Of a DNA stretch of 64,000 nt, positions 57,896 through 64,000 are shown piece after piece. The notes beneath the pieces were generated by a model, which saw only the letters and a list, made by a program, of their open reading frames with translations, was not told the DNA's origin and did not search any database. Source of the stretch: Flavobacteriaceae bacterium (lineage in GTDB: Bacteria; Bacteroidota; Bacteroidia; Flavobacteriales; Flavobacteriaceae). Position 1 is the stretch's first letter; the number at the start of each line of letters is the position of its first letter. Both the position numbers and the translations under genes were made by a program. Location of the stretch: assembly GCA_024635765.1 (NCBI GenBank), contig JAGXIE010000148.1, forward strand, positions 4,074-68,073, in the 5' to 3' direction.

Positions 57896-58429
57896 TTACC
57901 AACTCCAGGACAATACGATTGCGCCATTTTCCTGAAGGAGCGGATTGTTGGTGATCAATCCAGGCTCATAAGCATCGCTATCTCCATAGAAATCGTTCTT
58001 TTGATCTTCGCGGTAATCCAAGTACAATCGTGGTCCGATGTGGAATTTTGTCTTTGCATTCCATCTAGAAAGTCTCCAATCAAAGCCAATAACACCTCCC
58101 ACCAATGGAAAGCCCCTACCATCTCTGAACAGAAACCCCATTCTCGGACCGGCGTAATATCGTACTGGTTCAAACTTCAATAGATGGAAGTTGAGACCTC
58201 CAGAACCAACGATATCCGTATATCCTGGAGTCAATGCCGCATGTGAAAGCGAAAGCGAAGCCCACCCCCAAAGCATGACCTTTGTGATATCTATACCGAA
58301 CTGCGGTGATCCTTCTTTAAAAGTTACTACTGGATCATTCCAAAGGCCAAACTGTGTGTACTCTTTATCTACAAATTGCGCTTGGCATATATTGAAGCCG
58401 ATCATCACAAAAAATATTATTTTTTTCAT
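57896..58429 (-). CDS. Phage-encoded outer-membrane beta-barrel protein
   Basis: Signal peptide, amphipathic beta strands (RYYAGPRMGF, FHIGPRLYLDYR), C-terminal Trp. Confidence 0.65.
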   Translation of the reverse strand: MKKIIFFVMIGFNICQAQFVDKEYTQFGLWNDPVVTFKEGSPQFGIDITKVMLWGWASLSLSHAALTPGYTDIVGSGGLNFHLLKFEPVRYYAGPRMGFLFRDGRGFPLVGGVIGFDWRLSRWNAKTKFHIGPRLYLDYREDQKNDFYGDSDAYEPGLITNNPLLQENGAIVLSWSW

Positions 58430-58437
58430 CTACTGTC

Positions 58438-58605
58438 TTAATTAGGTTTTGGTTCGTTGATCAAATCAATATTGTCGTTTGCGAATTTTTCAGCTTCACC
58501 ATAGGTTTCAAAAGTTCCTATCACTTCATCCCATCTATTTAGAAAAACAGCTTGGTCACCACTCATATAGCAGTAAGCGCTTCCCAGTTTTATTTCTTTG
58601 CTCAT
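58438..58605 (-). CDS. Small phage protein (55 aa)
   Basis: Hand translation MSKEIKLGSAYCY...IGTFETYGEAEKFA. Confidence 0.5.
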   Translation of the reverse strand: MSKEIKLGSAYCYMSGDQAVFLNRWDEVIGTFETYGEAEKFANDNIDLINEPKPN

Positions 58606-58610
58606 TGTGC

Positions 58611-58901
58611 CTACTGTTTTAGTGTTAAAGTTATTTTTTCGCCGTGTTCGTAAACAGGCGCATTGTGTTTACATATTCCGTTTTTACCATTTCTTGGTTG
58701 ATAGGATTTGCACTGCTTACCGCATTCTCCTTTTTCTCCAACTTCCCAAACATCACGGCAAAAGAAAAAATCACTTCCAATATCTTTTTTTGCTTCGTAA
58801 ACTTCTAATTCATCATATCCTTCAAATCGCATCATGTCGAGTATTGATTCTTTAGGTTCGCATATTTCAGCGTTTTTGTCTTGAAAATATAATTTCGCCA
58901 T
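58611..58901 (-). CDS. Cys-rich phage protein
   Basis: FFC...CGKQCKSY.PRNGKNGICKH. Confidence 0.65.
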   Translation of the reverse strand: MAKLYFQDKNAEICEPKESILDMMRFEGYDELEVYEAKKDIGSDFFFCRDVWEVGEKGECGKQCKSYQPRNGKNGICKHNAPVYEHGEKITLTLKQ

Positions 58902-58903
58902 AA

Positions 58904-59089
58904 TTACTGTATTTGTGATTGATTCTTAAACTCTTTGAATTCCCTATGATAGTCTTCACATCCCATGCAACAGATGGCCTCGGTCACATTTACAAAGCCC
59001 TTTGACTTTACGAAATCATAAGCAATTAAGTTGTTCGCAGCGTGACTCAATGCGTTCTTTGTTTTTGTATTTCCAATTGTTGAATTCAT
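58904..59089 (-). CDS. Small phage protein, paralogue of 57677..57850
   Basis: Shared AYDF..KGF.NVTEAICCMG.EDYH.EFKEFK. Confidence 0.7.
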   Translation of the reverse strand: MNSTIGNTKTKNALSHAANNLIAYDFVKSKGFVNVTEAICCMGCEDYHREFKEFKNQSQIQ

Positions 59090-59094
59090 ATCAT

Positions 59095-59256
59095 TTAATG
59101 GTTGTTTTGGTTTTTAGAATTTTTAATTTCTAAATCAACTGCTCTCTCCAGTCCTCTCGCCTTATCCAGAGTATGGTACTGTTTGCTCTTGAAATAGTCC
59201 TTTTGTGCGGTCCTCATTTCTTCTACCAGTTTCATGAATTTTTCGAAGTCTGTCAT
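59095..59256 (-). CDS. Small phage protein (53 aa)
   Basis: Hand translation MTDFEKFMKLVEEMRTAQKDYFK...LERAVD. Confidence 0.55.
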   Translation of the reverse strand: MTDFEKFMKLVEEMRTAQKDYFKSKQYHTLDKARGLERAVDLEIKNSKNQNNH

Positions 59257-59280
59257 CTTAAAAAGGTGTTTTATTAATGT

Positions 59281-59481
59281 TCATTTTTTTAATGTTTCAT
59301 AGAGTTTGGTAAAAACCTCCTTTTGTCCATCCTGCCATTTTTTAAAGAGTTTTTTTCCTGTCTTTAAAAACTTATCGTCCTTTGTGATGACAAATTTTGT
59401 GAGAAGTTGCTCTCTTATTGGTAGCACGTCATATCCTTTGTCATTGCAAAAATTTATCATTTCAATCAGTGATGGGTTCAT
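59281..59481 (-). CDS. Hypothetical phage protein
   Basis: 66-aa ORF co-oriented in the early operon. Confidence 0.55.
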   Translation of the reverse strand: MNPSLIEMINFCNDKGYDVLPIREQLLTKFVITKDDKFLKTGKKLFKKWQDGQKEVFTKLYETLKK

Positions 59482-59710
59482 AGTTTACCGTTGCTTTGAT
59501 TCCTAAATCGTTCAATTCTTTTATTCTATATTCTTGGAGTTTTGAAAGAACTCCTTTTTTTCCTTTCACTTCTATAAATTGCACCTCATTCGGTTTTATA
59601 GCCACGATGTCAGGGATTCCCGATTTGTTCGTTTTTATGAGTTTCAGGACATACCATCCATCTTTCTCAAGTTCCTTAATAAGTTTTGACTGGTACTTTG
59701 CTTCGCTCAT
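59462..59710 (-). CDS. VRR-NUC domain nuclease
   Basis: GIPDI...FIEVK...LSKLQ. Confidence 0.88.
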   Translation of the reverse strand: MSEAKYQSKLIKELEKDGWYVLKLIKTNKSGIPDIVAIKPNEVQFIEVKGKKGVLSKLQEYRIKELNDLGIKATVNYEPITD

Positions 59711-60926
59711 AGTGCTTCAGTGTATAGTTCTTTTTGTTCATTACTGTTTGGTAAATCTGTTGCTCGATACCATTTTCGGAGAAAATCCAATAAACATTAT
59801 TTACTAATCTTTCTTTTGTGGTCATTCTATCCTTACTCTGAAAGTAGCTGGTGGCCGAAAAGTCAATATTGAACATGACCAGACATTCGGCATTTTTCAG
59901 GCTTATTCCTTCACGTCCTGCCACTATCTGGAGTGCTATGTTCTTATTGCTGTTATTGAACTCATTGATGTCTGTGGTCATATCATGTCCAAATACTTTT
60001 TTAAGTAATTCTAATTCTTCAGTAAACTTGTAGAATATTGCTATCTTTTTTCCATTAAAGCGATCTCTTATGAATTCTGCCTTTGATCGATCAATGATAA
60101 CCGCTGTCCCATCTTCCAGCTTCACGGTTCCAGAGTATAACTGATGAACCTTTTGCATAAGTTTGACAGGCGTGTCGGCTAATATTACGCCTCCATTCTT
60201 TCCTGTGAACACAAGGTCGCGCTCAAGTATCTTTATAAGATCGTAAGTGGTCCGTTTCATTGGCACCGTAAGTATGTGCTCACTTACCTTTGACGTGAAT
60301 CCAGCTTCTGCTTGTGTATATGTCAAGATATACTTTCGTGTATAGGTTTGTATCAGTTTTATGTTCGCATCAGAATAGTCGTTGACTTGATTTCCGTGAG
60401 CCACATAGCGTTTTTTGACGTTCACGAACACGTTTGCCCATTTATAGAAATTGCTTTCGGGAAAAGGGCTGTATTCACTTATCCAAAGTTGATGGTATAT
60501 CTGTGAATAGCTTTCAGGTGTCAGCGTTCCCGATAAAAGAATCATTCTTTTGTTGCCTATTATTTTCTTGATGTTCTTTGTCCTTTGGCTTGGCTTTGGA
60601 AAAGCACCAAGGGAGTGTGATTCGTCGATGATGATAAGGTCATATTTTTTACTGTCAATTTTATGGACGCTCTCATAATTTATCTGGTCTACCTCGAAGG
60701 ATGGATTTAAAAGTTTATGGTCATTATCGATTGTTTTGGATTCAATCACTTTCTTTTTGGTAATGAAAAGCACGCTTTTGCATCCCGCTTTTTCAGCGGT
60801 TAAAAATGCGGTAATTGTCTTTCCAGTCCTGACTTGCATCGATAGAACCAATATTTTAAGTGTGTTCAATATTATAAACCCTTTATCACTGATCTCTTCT
60901 TGATATTCTCTTGCTTTAAATTCCAT
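59676..60926 (-). CDS. SF2 (SNF2/DEAD-like) helicase
   Basis: REYQ, RTGKT, IIDESH, LSGT, EGISL, QSKDR. Confidence 0.88.
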   Translation of the reverse strand: MEFKAREYQEEISDKGFIILNTLKILVLSMQVRTGKTITAFLTAEKAGCKSVLFITKKKVIESKTIDNDHKLLNPSFEVDQINYESVHKIDSKKYDLIIIDESHSLGAFPKPSQRTKNIKKIIGNKRMILLSGTLTPESYSQIYHQLWISEYSPFPESNFYKWANVFVNVKKRYVAHGNQVNDYSDANIKLIQTYTRKYILTYTQAEAGFTSKVSEHILTVPMKRTTYDLIKILERDLVFTGKNGGVILADTPVKLMQKVHQLYSGTVKLEDGTAVIIDRSKAEFIRDRFNGKKIAIFYKFTEELELLKKVFGHDMTTDINEFNNSNKNIALQIVAGREGISLKNAECLVMFNIDFSATSYFQSKDRMTTKERLVNNVYWIFSENGIEQQIYQTVMNKKNYTLKHYERSKVPVKTY

Positions 60927-60928
60927 AA

Positions 60929-63274
60929 TTAAAAAGGTATGTGTTCAACTTCCTCCAGTTCTTTGACCTCCATATCCTTGGTGATGACCGAAAACCATCG
61001 TATTCCATTTGTATTACCATCTAGGTACTCCGAGTCTGAAAAGCTTGCCCATTTCTGAACCCATATATTGAAGGTCTTTCTATTTAGCCATTTCTTGAAA
61101 TCCGGATATTCATTGGTGAAGTTCTCGAAAGCTTCCGCTTTACTGGTCCTATCGAATTCCTGACCATCGTTCACCCATTGCATGAACTCCATACTGGTTT
61201 CAATGATGAACTTGCGTTTTTTAAGGTTTTTGGCATTATGCTGCTGAATGAGTCCATGGGTCAGATAGCATTGAAGGCAATAGACCATATAATTGTCAAA
61301 GGCCCTAAAGTCATCATCAGACCAATCATCAAAAAGATTGCGCTTAAAATCATCATACGGTGTCAGCTTTTTTCCATAAAATTGTGCGATCTCAAGCTCA
61401 TGTCGTCGCCTGTCATGGCTATTACCTTCACCTTTTATAGCGTAGTTGGTGCTTATCAACATCTTTGGGCTGTCCTCTACCGATAATTTTAGGGCATCTT
61501 TATTTTTTCTTTCAATGGTGATGCCCTCGGTTACGAGGGAAAATTTGCTCTCAAAATCGAAGTTCTTTTTTACGTCATCAAATACAAGGACATGTGTGTC
61601 CGGTGTGACGGTCTGATATGCGAAGTTCTTTTTATCGTCAAAGCTTTTGCCGTCCAAGATTGACACCTTTCTGATCTGTCTTATACCTTGCACGAACAAC
61701 CCTTTTCCAGTCCCTCCTTCTGGGTTGTTGGATATCTCTTCGTCATTCAAAATAATAGCTTTGTTGTTCATTTTGTTCTTATATCCGGAAAGTAGATATC
61801 CTATCGCACACTCCATTGGCAGCGGTTCATTGTGCGTGATGTTGATTATGAACTGACGATAATCGTTATCCTTTGATTTTTGATTTTGGAAATTCCTGTT
61901 TATTATCTGGCTGTTCCAGATGTAGCCTTCAACATCAACATATTCCTCAAGTTTTGCACTATCTTTTTTGATCTTAAGTATGCCGTTTTTGAATGCAATA
62001 AAAGAGGTATCCTTTTGATCCCTCAATATCTCAAGCTCTATGCTCTCAAGCATCAAAAGGAAATTTTCTGAAAAAATATTGCCATAGTTTGAGCAGTATC
62101 GCCAAACGTCGAACTCATTTCTGTCAAGAAGGAAGTCGAGCACATAATCTTTTATTTTTTCTACCGATGTTTCTGATACGATGTTCGACTGTATCTTCAC
62201 CCATATAGGTTTTTGGGCACCAAACGGAAAGTATTTTTTAAAGCCACTTCTTTCCAGGAACCATTTATATTTTAGTGGGTCTATTTTAGGTTTCTTTTTT
62301 TCAAAATACCAAAAATCGTCATGGCTTTTTTCCTCTTTGATGATCTCATAGGATTCCTCATTGATCTTGTGGATCTTTAGCACTTCATCCTTTCCCTTGT
62401 TCAGGTCCTTTCTGATCCGCTCTATACGATTATAGTCCTCAAAATATTTAGAGTTGAATGTCCGTGTCCTGTATGCGCTTTTAATAGCAGTAAGGGACTC
62501 ACGCTCCGAAAATTCACCAGACACCACATTGTTCAAAATATATCCCTCGGCCATTGTCTGGGTGACACCATATTCACAGAATGCTCCTGATATATCAAAT
62601 ATGAAAGAGTTTCTTTCGCCATCTACAAAATCTTTTTTCCAGTCCCATTCCATTATTTTGTCAATGATGATGTCCTCATTGCTTATGGGAATTATTGGAG
62701 CTCTTTCTACGCGATCAAAACCCTCGTCCTTTATAATTGGTGAGTAAATTTCAGCCTCATAATTGATATAGATGTCTGGATCATAGCTTTCAAAACATAC
62801 CCTATCGACATTTGAATTTGATATGTCAAAATACTTATAGTCGTATTCTTTCTGGAAGGCCTTGAAATATTGGGGATGTGTTTCTTTTGTCAGTGAGTTG
62901 GGCACTCTTAAAACGGCTTTTATGCCATTACCGCTTGGTGAGATAAAAAGTGTAACAAAATGGTTGTTTTCTTTCAATTTCTCAAGATGTTCCATCATCA
63001 CCTCATTTGATGGATATTTATCAAAGTCAAGTATCATCAATCCTGAATGTTGTTTCAGTGACCTACTGTTTCTTTCAGTAAACTCACCTGCAAAAAGTAT
63101 GGATGGAAGTCTTTTCTTGATTTCTTTATTTCCCTGTCTTATATCCTCTATCAGATTTTTAGACTTTCCTTGTCTGATTCGCTCGATGGATTTCCAGAGA
63201 GGGACGATATAAGGGACGTCTGTTGATTTAAAAAGGTCCTTAAAAATTGAAATTTGTGTATTTCTGATATCCAT
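60929..63274 (-). CDS. Primase-helicase (VirE-N/BT4734-like + PriCT + SF3 NTPase)
   Basis: LDFD, FISPSGNGIK, GERNS, GGTGKG, VFDD, STN. Confidence 0.85.
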   Translation of the reverse strand: MDIRNTQISIFKDLFKSTDVPYIVPLWKSIERIRQGKSKNLIEDIRQGNKEIKKRLPSILFAGEFTERNSRSLKQHSGLMILDFDKYPSNEVMMEHLEKLKENNHFVTLFISPSGNGIKAVLRVPNSLTKETHPQYFKAFQKEYDYKYFDISNSNVDRVCFESYDPDIYINYEAEIYSPIIKDEGFDRVERAPIIPISNEDIIIDKIMEWDWKKDFVDGERNSFIFDISGAFCEYGVTQTMAEGYILNNVVSGEFSERESLTAIKSAYRTRTFNSKYFEDYNRIERIRKDLNKGKDEVLKIHKINEESYEIIKEEKSHDDFWYFEKKKPKIDPLKYKWFLERSGFKKYFPFGAQKPIWVKIQSNIVSETSVEKIKDYVLDFLLDRNEFDVWRYCSNYGNIFSENFLLMLESIELEILRDQKDTSFIAFKNGILKIKKDSAKLEEYVDVEGYIWNSQIINRNFQNQKSKDNDYRQFIINITHNEPLPMECAIGYLLSGYKNKMNNKAIILNDEEISNNPEGGTGKGLFVQGIRQIRKVSILDGKSFDDKKNFAYQTVTPDTHVLVFDDVKKNFDFESKFSLVTEGITIERKNKDALKLSVEDSPKMLISTNYAIKGEGNSHDRRRHELEIAQFYGKKLTPYDDFKRNLFDDWSDDDFRAFDNYMVYCLQCYLTHGLIQQHNAKNLKKRKFIIETSMEFMQWVNDGQEFDRTSKAEAFENFTNEYPDFKKWLNRKTFNIWVQKWASFSDSEYLDGNTNGIRWFSVITKDMEVKELEEVEHIPF

Positions 63275-63285
63275 AATTAATTTAA

Positions 63286-63462
63286 GTGTTGCGGTGTTGC
63301 GTTTTTAGATTTACGTGTTGCGCTCAAAGTACAAGTGTTTGTTGGGGTTTCAAGCGTTTCGCAACACATGACACGCATAAATTTGTTTTTTTGACCCCCC
63401 CTTAAAATAAATATCCGTTTTTTTCTCTGGGGGAGAGTAGGGAAAAGGGCCTTATGTGTTGC
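63286..63462. repeat. GTGTTGC iteron-like repeats, candidate replication origin
   Basis: Direct copies at 63286, 63294, 63315 and 63456; inverted copy at 63361. Confidence 0.6.
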
Positions 63463-63495
63463 ATGTGTTTTTTGCTCATAAAGCCCTTTTTGGTT

Positions 63496-64000
63496 TTAAA
63501 TATCCAGTTCATCAACCAATTCTTCTGCGTTTTTCTCATACTCATCGACCACGCTTCCATCTCTAAACGGTTTATCTTCAAGGTAGCCTCTCATATAATC
63601 CCCTAACATGGAAGCTGTTTCGGATGCCATTTTATCGGTTTTATCTGTAATTCTTTTACCGAACTCAAACTCTGGTATGGAATATTTCACACTTCCGCTT
63701 TTGCCTTCTGCTGCGGCATTGATCTCTATCCAATGATAGTCCAGATTGCTTTGGTTGTCATTATAGAATTCTGACCATCCCTTTTTGTCCTTTCCATCTA
63801 TGGATTTTTCTTTTTTGATGCCACCTACTGCGGATCCCTTTAGCTGTATGTTTGCCATAGATCCATCTTCAAGCATTACATAAATACTTCTGGCGTAGTT
63901 TCCCCCAGCGTTTTTTACCTTATCCTTGATGTCCTTGTAAAATCCGGAGGCTATCTCACCGCCCTTAAAGGCTTTGACCTCCAGTAGGGTGTTACCAATG
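63496..64000 (-). CDS. Probable ssDNA-binding protein, 5' end outside the window
   Basis: Frame stays open upstream of the listed Met (...GGNYARSIYVMLEDG); acidic C-terminus VDELDI; replication module. Confidence 0.55.
   Translation of the reverse strand, partial: IGNTLLEVKAFKGGEIASGFYKDIKDKVKNAGGNYARSIYVMLEDGSMANIQLKGSAVGGIKKEKSIDGKDKKGWSEFYNDNQSNLDYHWIEINAAAEGKSGSVKYSIPEFEFGKRITDKTDKMASETASMLGDYMRGYLEDKPFRDGSVVDEYEKNAEELVDELDI

Larger units (their letters stand above)
23534..64000. mobile_element. Prophage (long non-contractile tail likely), integrated at tRNA-Phe; right end outside the window
   Basis: Integrase next to the tRNA, then lysis, tail, 1254-aa tape measure, capsid, portal, terminase and helicase/primase genes; no sheath gene recognised. 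Confidence 0.93.

Overview
This window comes from a Flavobacteriaceae-type (Bacteroidota) chromosome. Bases 1-23.4 kb are ordinary host genes: hemL, a glucosaminidase-LysM protein, hutU, SulP, a PpiD-like PPIase, a CNNM/CBS protein, lptC and coaX. A tRNA-Phe(GAA) at 23461-23533 is followed by an integrase and a long-tailed (siphovirus-like) prophage on the minus strand that runs off the right edge. Its modules are lysis, tail fibre, tail, head, packaging, early genes and replication. Two features stand out. (1) A second tyrosine recombinase without the integron-specific insertion sits next to an unannotated array of three integron-like cassettes (55451-57519). The cassettes are delimited by alternating GTTA/TAAC cores with cassette-specific complementary flanks. 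Genes and gene halves lie inside the hairpin loops, and one ORF is fused across a site. (2) The terminase large subunit carries a 325-aa intein whose central linker is open in two frames, with an HNH/zinc-finger endonuclease in the alternative frame. Also seen: a phage-encoded T9SS substrate, a phage beta-barrel protein, an atypical initiator-like tRNA-Met, four shared-motif late promoters, a tail-chaperone frameshift and an iteron-like origin. All calls come from reading motifs by eye; no database searches were run.
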